Source: Octopus sinensis (Eukaryota). Taken from it: 64,000 nucleotides of DNA. The position numbers were made by a program, and so were the translations under genes. The notes under the pieces are model-generated. The model was not told the DNA's origin and did no database searches. It was given only the letters and a program-made list of their open reading frames with translations. The stretch is taken from positions 2,108,001 through 2,172,000 of the forward strand of contig NC_043011.1 of NCBI RefSeq assembly GCF_006345805.1, in the 5' to 3' direction. Of this stretch, positions 24,065 through 37,432 are shown piece after piece (within the stretch, counting starts at the first letter, position 1; each line of letters opens with the position of its first letter).

Positions 24065-24629
24065 TATAGCTTATAGAAACCTGCAGTTGTTGTATGTGTG
24101 TATCTTTGTGGTATTGTAATGTGTGTGTATGTATGTGTGAGTGTGTGTGTGTATGTGTGTGCAGACAGCAGCTTCACTGCTACATGGTTTTGGGTCTGAT
24201 CCCATTGTATGGACCCTTAGGTATATAACTTCTACCAAAGCCTCGGGTAGACAATAATTTGAAAGTGAAAGTAGCTAGTTGGAAATTGTGAGGAGGAATG
24301 TTATTAGACGTGTGTGTGTTGGGGGTTGTGTGTGCATACATACCTTTTTACTGACCACTTGGGTAGCTGTGACCTTTATTTTTGTCTGGTATAAACAATG
24401 TGTCTCATTACTTGGTGGTTCAAAGTGCAAATAGTAGTTAAATAAAGTACCAAATTTGAAAACATGTAAGGTTTGTCACCAGAAAGGGTTTCCAGCCATA
24501 TAATACTTTCTTGCAAACATTTTGTTCAAAATATGCCAGCAATGAAACAGTAGACATAAAAACAGTTCTTGATAATAATATAGGAATGACAGAAGGTTTT
24601 TTCGGGACCTGTTTTATCAATCATAAATC

Positions 24630-24815
24630 CTCCTTTAATATTCAGAAGGCACATATGTCACATGCCTAGCTTAACATATATGGACATTGAAGAAAAGAGC
24701 CATAGGTTACAACGTCAAGTGGAGAGTGTTGGAAAAGTGTAAGCCTTACTTGAAAAAGTATCAGGTGCAGGCTATGCCTACCTGAGAAAACAACTTTACT
24801 AAAGAACTCATTTCA
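24630..24815 (+). mobile_element. Penelope-like element remnant, C-terminal part of GIY-YIG endonuclease
   Basis: HIWTLKKRAIGYNVKWRVLEKCKPY, then frameshift to CRLCLPEK; resembles the PLE pattern IW.LK....Y.IKW.I...KPY...C.LCL.EK. Confidence 0.55.
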
Positions 24816-25667
24816 CCAGAACATCTACCTAAACTTCAAGATATGCACATATCTTCAAGATATGCACATATGAAAGGAAGTATGAGGCCAGTTACCTATG
24901 AATTTCACTATGATTATAAATATTAGGTCTTCCACCATCAGTGTTCCTACCACCAAAACCTGAGAGTCCAGAATTGTGTTGACCATGTCCAACCTCACAT
25001 GCATAAGCTTTTTTTTTTAATTATGAAGTAATATGCGAAAACTCCCATTCATAAAATTATACAGATTTCACCTTTGATATTACTGAAGAGAAGAAGAGTT
25101 ATTTATAAAAGCTTATCAATATAGGATTCCATTATTCCAAATTATCTAAGTATATGACCTATATTTGGAATACAAAACAATACAACGGATTTTACACATA
25201 ACTATTATGGATTATTACAGAAGAATTACCAAAGAAGTATATATGGATTTCAAGACTCTCATACTAAAGTGTACTTACCAAAATCAAAAGCAGTAATTTT
25301 TAATTTTTAATTCATATTTCAAACAAATACCATTTTATAGTATTACTTAAAATTTTTAAAAAACTACCATTCGATGTTATACAAAATTCAAATTTTATAT
25401 CTCTGAAGAGCAGAAAGAGTTGTCTATAAATGCTTATCAATATAGGATTTCATTATAGGGAGAGCACTTCTGTGAAACGATCGTAAGATGCTTTAAATAA
25501 TTAATTCAAAACTTTTAAACCGTCATATACATTATATATTTATACTTATACATATTTAATACAACAATTATTTTACACACGTATATATCTTTCTGCAGAA
25601 TTTTCTAACATTGATTTCCTGATATTAATAATAATATATTATAAAATATATGTACAAACATATATAT

Positions 25668-26082
25668 TCCATCCAAGCGGGATCACTGTCAGAGCAGCTG
25701 TCTGGCTTCCATGCTGGTGGCACGTAAAAAGCACCATTTGAGTGTGATTGTTACCAGCATCGCTTTACTGGCACTTGTACCAGTGGCACGTGAACAAAAC
25801 ATTCGAGCGAGGTCGTTGCCAGTGCCGCTGGACTGACTCCTGTGCAGGTGGCATGTAAAAAACACAGTTTTGAGTGTGGCCATTGCCAGTACCGCCAGAC
25901 AGGCCCCGTGCTAGTGGCACATAAAAGCACCCACTACACTCTCGGAGTGGTTGGTGTTAGGAAGGGCATCCAACTGTAGAAACTCTGCCAGATCAGATTG
26001 GAGTCTGGTTAGCCTGTCCTCATTCAAATCGTCCAACCCATGCTAGCATGGAAAGCGGACGTTAAATGATGATGATGATGAT
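25668..26082 (+). mobile_element. RTE 3'-UTR family copy
   Basis: ggcacgtaaaaagcacc repeats, aggaagggcatcc, (GAT)n tail. Confidence 0.85.
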
Positions 26083-26089
26083 ATATACA

Positions 26090-26310
26090 CGTTTACCAAT
26101 TTGTTTTGCAAGATTCCTGATGCGAAATCGTGTGTTGAAACACATTATTTCAGCTCATGTTATTTATTATTATTATTTTTATAATTGCTAAATAAGTGCA
26201 CTCACTATATATATATTTTTCACTCGTTTATTACTCTTATTTTAACACCTGTCCATTGTCCAGAAATCTTTCCTCACATTTTTCTACCTTGTTTCACATT
26301 TATATGCATA
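26090..26310. repeat. Unclassified dispersed repeat (copy 1 of 3)
   Basis: tttgttttgcaagattcctgatgcgaaatcgtgtgttgaaac shared with about 52885 and 62105. Confidence 0.55.
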
Positions 26311-26319
26311 CTCTAGTAT

Positions 26320-26354
<35 letters not shown>

Positions 26355-26422
26355 AAGAGATAGATAGATTGATGTGTGCATGGGTGTGTATACTTATGCA
26401 CGTATGTGTGTGTGTGTATATG

Positions 26423-26471
<49 letters not shown>

Positions 26472-27559
26472 AGGTAATTTAATCATGATTTTATCATGTC
26501 TTCATCCAAGATCAAGATGAACACCAATGTTCCATGCAATAGGTTTGAAACTTTTTAAGAGATAAAGCTATCTTAATATGAAACCATTAGTAGCCTTGTT
26601 AACCCACAAATAACGAATATTTATCCATCAATGTAGTGTTGAGCATTCATTCTCACTGTTCAATATTCAGACACACACATATGGGTGGGTGGGTGTGAGT
26701 TGCAGGAACAAAACTTTCTGAAGTTAATTTGTGAAGTATAATAATAAATAAATTATAGAAATATGACAGATTATGTTTATACTGCAGAAATCTTTATATT
26801 ATACTTGCAGTTATGTAGAATTTAGTCTCTCTCACAAGATAACCCTTATTGTAATTATAGCAATGGTTCTTTACATTGTTGTACAAAATACAGCTATTGG
26901 AAAATATTAAAATCACAAATTAGATCTAAAATTTTATTATTTCAAACTGTAAGATCTATTATATCTTGCTTGTACAAACATTTGATAGTTATGGAAATAG
27001 ATATTGTATTTTCTGTTTATTTCAATCTGACAAATTACTGTGGCAGAAGACAAGCAATTTTAGATGATATACAGGCAACCATAGTTGACCTCTTAACATA
27101 GAGTAATAAATCTTATAAAGGTGACAAAGTTGAGAAATTCTGCAAAGTTTTCTTACATTCATTTGGGTCTCATGAATTAGATGACATAGCATTTAGTGTA
27201 AGGTGAAATACTAAACTGCAATCACATGCAACCCACTCCCGCAGGGAAAAAAGCATGCATTAAAACACAGTCTGTACTGTTGATGAAAACGATGTAATCT
27301 ACATAAAGAAATAACAAGAAAAATTTTATTTACGAGAAGCCTTCCATAAATTAATTTGTCATAATTATAGTTTGTTGACCTCGTAATTGTTTGAATGTTT
27401 AACTTGTAAATTGGAATTAAAGAAGGATATTGACTCTGAAATAGATTTTATTTGGAGTTGAAAAAGGAAAACCCATAGTCTTTGGATAGAAGTAAAAACA
27501 ATTATAGTTATTTCATGCTGCCAGCTCCACAGTTACAACACCTCTACTTTTATATAAAA

Positions 27560-27945
27560 CTAGCAGTATCGCCCGGCGTTGCTCAGGTTTGTAAGGGAAA
27601 TAACTATAAAGCATTTTTAGAGAGTTATAGCCAAAAAATAGCAAAAAAATGGAAAAAATGATGGTAAATTTTTTTTTTTGATTGTTAAAAAATGTGGAGT
27701 TGCGTCTTCTACACAGTTTGTGGTTTGTGTTCCTGATTCTCGACCCCATGTCGAATTTATCGATTTTTTTCAGAACTGGGGGAACTTTTAAAAATTTTCG
27801 CTGCGTTAGTTTTGAATTATGACATTGGGCTATGTGTGTGTCAAGTTTCATCAGAATCGGTTGGAAGCCGTGGTCAGGGTGAGGGTACAAGCAAACAGAC
27901 ACACAGAAACACGCACAGACAAACTACCGTTTATATAGAGAGAGA
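27560..27945 (-). mobile_element. Non-autonomous Helitron
   Basis: Minus strand begins A|TC and ends with GC-rich gccgggc hairpin region then CTAG|T; 3' end shared with 40894-41308. Confidence 0.8.
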
Positions 27946-28187
27946 TACATGTATATATATTTCAGACTTATACCAACAGTTTTATGTAAAAATCTATTTC
28001 CTTAATCTCAATGATAATCAACACTGTACATGTCAGATCTACATCTCAGTCAGCACCATACACACCAGATCTTTGATATCTTTGTGATAAATAGAATTGT
28101 CTCCTGATTACATAGTTTATGTAATGTATTAAAATCAATCAGTGCCCGACGTTGTTACTAATGTTGTATTTATTCTATCAGATATGA

Positions 28188-28571
28188 GTGGAGGCGCAAT
28201 GGCCCAGTGGTTAGGGCAGCGGACTCACGGTCATAGGATCGCGGTTTCGATTCCCAGACCGGGCGTTGTGAGTGTTTATTGAGCAAAAACACCTAAAGCT
28301 CCACGAGACTCCGGCAGGGGATGGTGGTGATCCCTGCTGTACTCTTTCACCACAACTTTCTCTCACTCTTACTTCCTGTTTCTGTTGTACCTGTATTTCA
28401 AAGGGCCGGCCTTGTCACTCTCTGTGTCACGCTGAATATCCCCGAGAACTACGTTACGGATGCACGTGTCTGTGGAGTGCTCGGCCACTTACACGTTAAT
28501 TTCACGAGCAGGCTGTTCCGTTGATTCGGATCAACCGGAACCCTCATCGTCGTAACCGACGGAATGCTTCC
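28188..28571 (+). mobile_element. tRNA-derived SINE family B, tail type 1, 11-bp TSD
   Basis: A box tggcccagtgg, B box ggtttcgattcc; TSD atcagatatga at 28177-28187 and 28572-28582. Confidence 0.9.
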
Positions 28572-29804
28572 ATCAGATATGAATTGGTTAAAAGCAAAGT
28601 AAGCCTTGAAGCGATATGGTTTTTATGCTCCTGATCAAGAGTTCATAGGTTCAGTTCTCAGATTGGGCAAAATGTTATGTCCTTGAGCAAAGCAGTTTAT
28701 TTATTGTTGCTTCTGCCCTCACAGCTTTAAATGAGACTTGCACAGCCAGGTAGGAGTTAACACTAGTCTATTACAGATAGGTCTCATAACAAGAAGAAAA
28801 TTTTCTTCTAGTCACACTAGGGAAACTGAAACTCTAGTCAAATAGGGTTGGAGGTTTAAGACAGATTTTATTTTTTGTCACCTTATCTTTCATAGGGAGC
28901 AAAAGGAACTGTGCTCCTTGAGCTAAACCCTGAAAACATTTTTCAAGTCAGAATGCAAAAAGATATCATGTACATTTATTCTGCTATAATTCTATCACAG
29001 TACACTTTAGTTAACTAGTTTGTATTAGCTAACACAATGAAGGCTATGCAGGAGCAACTATTTCTATCGCTGATATTAACAACTAATAACTATTTCATTA
29101 TGAGAAACCTATCAATCTTCAGTGTTTCCACGATGATGTTGCTTGGGAAATCTTCGTTAGCAATTTTCCAGGTATGCAGAAATAATTGCAGCTCCATGAT
29201 TCTCCAATTTCGTGACATCTTTACTGTATATACCTAGAGAAAGGGAGAGATGGAGAGAGAGAAAAGAAGAGATCGTATAAGTATGCACGAACGGATATGC
29301 ACGTGTATGTATATATATATATACAAACACACACACACATACTTTATTATTAAAGTTCCAAATCTTAATCACAACTGTCCAGTGAATGAGAACAGATAGC
29401 TAGTTAGCTAGATAGGCAGATGTGTGCATGGGTGTGTGTGTGTATATATATATTCCAGTGGAGTGCAATGGTAGTTCAAATTATCTGATAATCGTTTATG
29501 ATTCTCTAATGCAAATGTTACTTATTAAAAAATAAAGGTAAATTGTATTACACAACCACATCTTTCAAGCTCAAAGAATACATGAGCTGAGTGCTACTAG
29601 GAAGATTTGCATTTGTTACCTTCCAGCAAGTAAGTCTAGTAGTGTAATTTCACAACTATTCCTGTAATTCAATGACAAATAATCATATGAATTGATAAAA
29701 TATTGCAGGTCATGATGTTGCTGATGTTTGACACCAAACCAAACTTTATCAACTGATATATGATCAAAGGCATTCCAGTTGTGATCATCCCAGCATTTTA
29801 GGGT

Positions 29805-30202
29805 TACTCTTTACCCTCTTTTACTTGCTTCAGTCATTTGACTGCGACCATGCTGGAGCACCGCCTTTAGTCGAGAAAATCGACCCCGGGACTTATTCTT
29901 TGTAAGCCCAGTACTTATTCTATCTGTCTCTTTTGCTGAACCGCTAAGTGACGGGGACATAAACACACCAGCATCGGTTGTCAAGCAATGCTAAGGGGAC
30001 AAACACACACACATATATATATATATACATACATACATACGACAGGCTTCTTTCAGTTTCCATCTACCAAATCCACTCACAAGGCATTGGTCGGCCCGGG
30101 GCTATAGCAGAAGACACTTGCCCAAGATGCCACGCAGTGGGACTGAACCCAGAACCATGTGGTTGGTTAGCAAGCTACTTACCACACAGCCACTCCTGCA
30201 CC
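29805..30202 (-). mobile_element. SINE family A
   Basis: Near-identical reverse complement of 23660-24064. Confidence 0.9.
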
Positions 30203-30699
30203 TATGTAAGGCTTCACTATTCATTGTGTTCATTACATGTTTAAGACCGCAAGATGTGATTTAAAGGAGACTTGGTTGCTACTTAATCAGATTCCTTTGT
30301 TGGTTTGTAGTATAAGTAATTATGAGTTGAGATTTGATGAAACTACTTTGAATTAAGCATAGCCATGCAGTACTTGTAGATTTAGATCTGACTCAGCAGA
30401 ACTATGATCAAAAGCATAACTAGTATGACCATTACATGTCTTTTTGTTTTTGTCTTTTATATGGTGTGAGTAGGACTTCATTAGCCAATGTGATGTTTTT
30501 TTTCCAAGAGAGCAGGATATGATTAGAGAGAAAGTTGGTTGATATTTCTAACTGTTCAAAATTGTAATACAACAGAGAAAAATATAAAGGGTGTTTGGAT
30601 TAAATATTACAGTTTGCATAAAAGGAAAAGAAGATACAATAAATACCCCATCTAAAAATAAACGCATTTTAAAAACACAAAAATATTAACTGAATTATG

Positions 30700-31200
30700 G
30701 CTGGAAGATAACAGTTTACTCAAAGTAGCCATCCTCAGCTTCCACTATGACCTCAAGATTGCTCCAGAACCTGGCACATGCTTTCTATTTTGGTCATCAA
30801 TTTGTCATTGGTGGTGCAGGAAGAGTGGTTGGTGTATTTTGCAACCATGAACCACATATAGTAGAAAATAAGATTACAATTAGGGGGATGAGAAGGCCAG
30901 TAATTAGCACTGGTAAAGTTGTAGAATTTCTCTGACAAGCACTTCTGACACTTTCCAGATATATGATGAGGAGCTGAATCCTCCTGCCACATGTATAGCA
31001 TTTCAGCAGCAATCCTCTCCAGCCAGGGATTGACCACAATCTTCAGTGGCTGCCCTTAACAGTCTGAATTAAGCCTAAGGCTGGCCATGGCCTTATAGTC
31101 TCTGTTGCAGCCGTCCATGTCATGCCTTACTGCCTTTACAGTGTTCATAGAACATTGAACAGCAGTCATGGTGCTAGTATCTTGATACCTGGTGTGAATC
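30700..31200 (-). mobile_element. Internally deleted Tc1/mariner transposase remnant
   Basis: VNPWLER..YMWQEDSAPHH...WPSHPPNCNLIFYYMW corresponds to the QQDSAP.H and WP.NSPD.NP.DY.VW motifs; N-terminal-like DGCNRDYKAMAS abuts it. Confidence 0.75.
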
Positions 31201-31598
31201 ATCATGATACAGGTAATTCTTTTCCAATATTCTGATGGCTTTCAGTCCTTCATCTCAGGTAAGTTTTTCTCAACAGCTTTAATCTTTATGCCCTCCAACA
31301 CCTTTGACTGTTCACTAATATACCAAGCTGCTCTTGAATAAAAGGAGGCATAATATTTGTCAAATTTAGCCTGAACACTCTGAATTTCTCACTGTTGTAT
31401 TAATGACTTACATCTATGCATGAGGATTATTTATTAATGTAGGTGTTAGTTGACTCAATGGTTAAGAACTTTGCTTCTCAACAAAAATGGTTTTATGTTT
31501 AATCACATTGTAGGGCACCTTGGGAAAGTATCTTATATTACTTGCAGCACTGGGTTGATCAAAGCCTTGTGAGTGGATTTGGTTGAAAGAAGCCTGTT

Positions 31599-31637
31599 GT
31601 ATGTATGTATGTATGTATGTATGTATGTATGTATGTA

Positions 31638-31684
<47 letters not shown>

Positions 31685-31692
31685 TGTGTGTG
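31599..31692. repeat. (TATG)n followed by (TG)n microsatellite
   Basis: Directly visible. Confidence 0.95.
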
Positions 31693-31959
31693 TAAAAAAA
31701 AGTTTAAAAGTTTAATAATTTATAAATTTAAAATTTAAAAATATAAAAATTTATAAATATAAATTTAAAAATTTCAGATTTCAGTATTTTATATTTTATA
31801 TATATTTTGTATATTATATTAATTATATTTATTTTTTGTTTTTTATGTTTTGGTTTATGTCTATCACTTTTTGAGTTGCCTAATAGTGGTTTTATCTCTA
31901 ATTTAATTTATATATATATATATTATATATATATATATATATATCGAAATTTAGGTCTC

Positions 31960-32657
31960 ACCTTCGAACTTTAGGTCTCACCAAGGAAATGACTGGAGAC
32001 CGAGAACTATGGAAGTATGCTGTGCGTGAGAAGACCCGGCAAGACTAGTGAGGCCATAACCCGTGGCCCCTACCTGGGACGTAGTCAGTCCACCTGTGCA
32101 TACCTTCCTTCTTGTGATACTTGTGAAGACCTGTTGAGGCATGTGAAAATCAAACCAAATCAAAATAGATGAACATCAATGGAATTTGTATCTTTGTGGT
32201 ACCAGTGCCGGTGGCACATAAGAAAACCATCCGAACGTGGCCGTAGCCAGTACCGCATTGACTGGCCTCCGTGCTGTGGGCACGTAACAAACACCATCCG
32301 ATCGTGGCCGTTCGCCAGCCTTGTCTGGCACCTGTGTCGGTGGCACATAAAAAACACCATCTGAGCGTGGCCGTCTGCCAGCCTCGTCTGGCACCTGTGT
32401 CGGTGGCACATAAAAAACACCATCCGAGCATGGCTGTTCGCCAGCCTCGTCTGGCACCTGTGTCGGTGGCACATAAAATCACCCACTACACTCTCGGAGT
32501 GGTTGGCGTTAGGAAGGGCATCCAGCTGTAGAAACACTGCCAGATCTGACTGGCCTGGTGCAGCCTTCGGGCTCCCCAGACCCCAGTTGAACCGTCCAAC
32601 CCATGCTAGCATGGAAAGCGGACGTTAAACGATGATGATGATGATGATGATGATGAT
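31960..32657 (+). mobile_element. 5'-truncated RTE LINE: last ORF codons plus full 3' UTR and (GAT)n tail
   Basis: LRTLGLTKEMTGDRELWKYAVREKTRQD* is homologous to the ORF end at 35790-35900 and runs into the ggcac-repeat UTR. Confidence 0.8.
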
Positions 32658-33934
32658 ATATGTAGGTCTGTGTGCATAAATGTATGTGTGTGTGTGTCTA
32701 GGTATTGTCTCCTATCAGTATCAAGCAGTTGCAAATGAGTGTCTGTTTTGTACAAAAGGTTGTCCTTTGTTTCCACTCTTCTGTGCAAATATGAACAGCT
32801 ATGGGGAAATATTACCTTGCATGGAAAGAGGTGGGATTTGGTGATGGGAGGGCGTCTAGCTATAGGAAATCTGCTTCAACAAATTGTGTTTGGCCCATGT
32901 GAGCATGAAAAAGTGAATGGTAAATTGATGATGATGGTAATGATGATCATCATCTTTAAAAAGCAATATTTTTCATATATCTGTATAAAATATCATTACT
33001 GTATATTTTCTAAACTTTAATTTTTGAAAACATATTTTCTAGAAACTACAAAGCCAATATTATTTTGAATCCATTGTTATAGGAAACATATCATTTTCTA
33101 TATCATAGAATGCATATAACAGTGTTCAGTTCAAGCTATTATCAGCAGCGCAAGAAAGTGAAATGGAATAAATTTTTATCATTTGATATTCAATAGCTGA
33201 GGATCACAATTATTGGTAATGTATTTTTATCTGTAGTAGACACACATGTACACACACACACACACACATTTATGCACATCACAACTTGTATATGAAAACC
33301 TATGATAAGTTTGATACTTTTTGTTGTAGAACTTTAAACAGATGCAAATACTTATTGTTATTTTCTTCTTACACAAAAATTAAGTTGGTTGTTTCTGATT
33401 TGTTTCATCATAAGACAAGTACTGTACTAATATATTCCTCTGTCCAAGAGGTGAATTATGTAGGTATTTAAATCACTGCCACCAACAAATTAACAGCATA
33501 CAATTTAGTCTAACCCATTATAGCTGAGTTCTAGTTTGTGGTTGATTTGTCAATGAACTATGAAACGTATCAAAATAATCTTCCATACTTCAAAAGTTAA
33601 AAGCTTAAAAGCTGCTGTTTAACTACTTTCAACTTATCTGAGGAAACCAACTATATTACGCATATATATATATCTATCTATCTGATGAAGGTTACATAAC
33701 TGATGCTTCATTGTGACTGACAAACTTTTACCTAATAAAAGCAAAATAAATATGTTACTCTACTAAAAATTTTCAAGTGATCCTTCAATTGAATATTTGA
33801 CTGTTTTTATATATAGCTGCCCATAAAAACAAACATATACAAACATAAATCATACATCTATACATACATATATATACACATGCACATATATATATATACA
33901 CATATGCAGATATGTATATGCATATATATATATA

Positions 33935-33968
<34 letters not shown>

Positions 33969-34499
33969 CACATTAACATGCACATGTACTGTTGACATAT
34001 ATGTGTGCGTGCGTGTATGTATCACATTACCTTTTATTGTTATCACCTTTGATAAGAATTATGTAAAACGGATTAAGCATTAATGCACACACTGCAATAA
34101 AATGAATGGATAAACTGCAATTTGAATGGAGTGCACATATAGGAGAAAGTTGAGTTAATGGGATAGCTGAGAGCTCATCAGAGCATTCATTATAAGTTTC
34201 TTTTGATATTCATAGGATGTGAAGCAACTACTCAATATTTTGCCTAGCTTCTTTGATAAACCTATCAGAAATATGTGCAGAAAGAACTGGGTAGTAGATC
34301 TTCAAATATACTCTTTAAGATATTATCTGCGATAGATATATACTGATATTTTTTTTATATCAAATATTTCTCATGCATATATGTGTATGTATGTGTGTAC
34401 ATGTTTGTGTAGAAATACATGTATACATGCATATTTAGACATAGTTATACTTATTGAGACTGGAGAGATAACATAGGTAGTGTGTATATGCACAATAAC

Positions 34500-34635
34500 T
34501 ATGTATGTATGTATGTATGTATGTATGTATGTATGTATGTATGTATGTATGTATGTATGTATGTATGTATGTATGTATGTATGTATGTATGTATGTATGT
34601 ATGTATGTATGTATGTATGTATGTGTGTATGTATG

Positions 34636-34669
<34 letters not shown>

Positions 34670-34702
34670 GGTATGTAGGTATGCATGTATGTATGTATGT
34701 AT
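34500..34702. repeat. (TATG)n microsatellite, about 200 bp
   Basis: Directly visible. Confidence 0.97.
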
Positions 34703-35789
34703 GTGGGTGCTTGTATGGTGATTTAGAAATTCATGTTGCAAACACATACCTTTTGGGTTCAATCCTACCTTAGGTAACTATCATTTACTATTACCCTGGA
34801 TTGACCAGTGCCTTGTAAGTGAATTTAGTGAGAGAAACTGTCCAAGGCCTATGTGTGTGGCTGTTTGTGTGTGTGTCTCTCTCTCTGTGTAAGTATGTGT
34901 ATATCAGTGAGAATGCTAATGTTTTATAACTGAAGAAGTTTCCTTTGTCATTTTGCTGTCAGCTGATAATCCAGTAGCTCAGTGCTTTTAAAAAGGTAAG
35001 GATAAAGGTGGTCAAGAAGGGCATCTAGCAGTAAAGCAACATTCCATCAATATGCATTCAGTTAACCCATGCTGGCATCAAAAAAATGGATGTAAAAATA
35101 AACATAAAATTGCAGTGGCCTCCAGTAAATTTATTGCCAGAGAAATACGATGCAACACTGGTTTAACTTATAATTTAATTAAAATTTAATCAAATGTAAA
35201 TGAAAGTTGGTCTCCATATTTTGTAGACTCTACTTTAGTAAATATCGTGGCTTCACCTTTTTAGGCACTGATTTGATTGATTTATCGATGACAAACTGAT
35301 CCATGTTTATCGATGTTTATTCACTCTTTGGATAATGTATTTTTATTAGCTTTGAAATTTATATAATTTTCAATGAATTTGCTTGCAACTTTCTATCAAG
35401 ACATTCCACTATGTGTTCTACTGGACCATGATTGGGGATTTGTATGATCCATTTAGAGATTTGAGTTTCTGCATTCTATACCAAGCTTACAGGCATTGCT
35501 TATATGGCATAGTGCCCCGTTGTCAAGAAAAAGATTATTTTTATTATCAATATAATAGGCCCTTTATGAGTGTTTGACAAGATCTGGGAGGCATTTAAAT
35601 CATATTCACCAAATCTGTTCTCTGAACTGCCCATCGACCAAATTGTCCCCACTATCTCAATAACTCAAACTCCTTAATTTTAGCTATTCCTTAAAAACAG
35701 TCCTGCTCTCCTATGTACCACCATATCATATTACTGCTTCAACTCCTTAATTTTAACTACTTCTTTAAAAGAATCAACCACAACTATGA

Positions 35790-36600
35790 TTTCACTTGGC
35801 TTGATGGGTCTTCTCAAGTAGAGCATATTGCAAAAGGTCTCAGTCACTAGTCATTGCTTCTGTGAGGCTCAAAGTTTGAAGATCATGCTTCACCACCTCA
35901 TCCAATGTCTTCATGAATCTACCTTTACCACAGGTTCCCTCCACAGTTAGAGTGTGTGTGGACTTCTTTACACAGCTGTCCTCATCCATACGTGTCACAT
36001 GACCATACCAGTGCAGTCGTCTCTCTTGCACACCACATCTGATGTCTCTTATGCCTAACTTTTCTCTCAAGATGCTTACACTCTGTCGAACATGCACACT
36101 GACATTGTACATTCATCAAAGCATACTGGCTTCATTTCTTTCAAGCCTATGCATGTCCTCGGCAGTCACAGCCCATGTTTTACTGCCATGTAGCATAGCT
36201 GTTTCCCCACAGACATCAAACAATCTACCTTTCACTCTGTGAGAGAGGCCTTTTTTTGCCAGCAGAGGTAGGAGCTCTATGAACTTTGCCCAGCCTAACC
36301 TTCTTTTCAAAGCTACACTCTCAGAGCTCCATCTTTACTACTAATTTGGTTACCAAGATAATGGAAGCTAGGGACTGCTTCTAGCTAACCCAACTGGTAA
36401 TTGATGGAGTCTATTTTCTGTACACTTTTGGTGTTTATTGTACCTATGTATCTTCCACATATAAAACCTATTTTCCCTGTTAACCTTCCTCTGATATTGC
36501 TGCACCTATTATGCATCCAAAGCTTATACTGGGTGCATCTTATAGAGTTTCTACCTACATCTTTTCTACAGATCAAGCAGGGACATCTACTTGAAGGGAT
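35790..36600 (-). mobile_element. Degenerate RTE LINE, C-terminal RT region with PHD-like Cys cluster
   Basis: ICRKDVGRNSIRCTQYKLWMHNRC, AMLHGSKTW, ERRLHWYGHVTRM, EVVKHDL; stops and frameshifts. Confidence 0.85.
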
Positions 36601-37373
36601 TGTATATATATATACAAGCGTTGATGCTTCCTAGGGCTAAACAGCGGTGGTGTAAATCCCTTACAGGACTGTCACGTTAAGTTGACAGTATACAACCACT
36701 CTCTCTCTCTATATATATATATCTATGTCTATTCATATACATGCATGTATAAAGACTTATGTATATATGTACATATATCTATGAATATAGACTTGTGTGT
36801 AAGTGTATATATATGTATGTGTATGCATGTATATTCAAACATATTTCTTGAAGGATTTTAGTTGAACAAATTAATGCCAGTACCTACTACTTTTATATCT
36901 GGTGCTTATTCTAAATAAACTAACATTAGTCACTAAGCAGTGGTGAGGGACAATCTTATACAGAAAGACACAGAAACATGGATATATATATATATGGGCA
37001 AAACACACACATACACACACGTACATATGTACATCTATTGCATACATGTTTTTTGTATGCATACATGTTCATGTGTGTAAGTGTTGCCCATATATCAACA
37101 AAACACTTTTTTCGTCTATGTAAAAAGACCAACAAAAGTCTTAACAAAAACTTACTTGTCACTAGAAGGGGACTTAACTCCTGTTTGCAAACAATGGTGA
37201 TTTCTCCGACTTGAAAATTGTTAAAAGTTTTGGTTGAAAATTTATTTTTACTACTATTCGCTAGTGACTCTGGGGAAAATAAGTTGACAAAAATACAGCT
37301 AGGGTCAGGACGAATGTCCTCCTAAATTTGGATTGACATGCATGCTAATTTGTATGCTAATATATGCATGCTA

Positions 37374-37404
<31 letters not shown>

Positions 37405-37432
37405 CACACACACATATACATATATATATATA

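Noticed and set aside
27040-27205. Plus-strand exon-like frame RQAILDDIQATIVDLLT*SNKSYK...
   Set aside because: Internal stop, no partner exons, length compatible with chance
23660-28571. tRNA genes at SINE heads
   Set aside because: A/B boxes continue into multicopy SINE bodies with tails and TSDs; no complete cloverleaf
33680-33730. Hammerhead motif at ctgatgaagg (also ctgaagaagagg at about 61858 and cctgatgcg at about 26116)
   Set aside because: No correctly placed GAAA after helix II, or the core is incomplete
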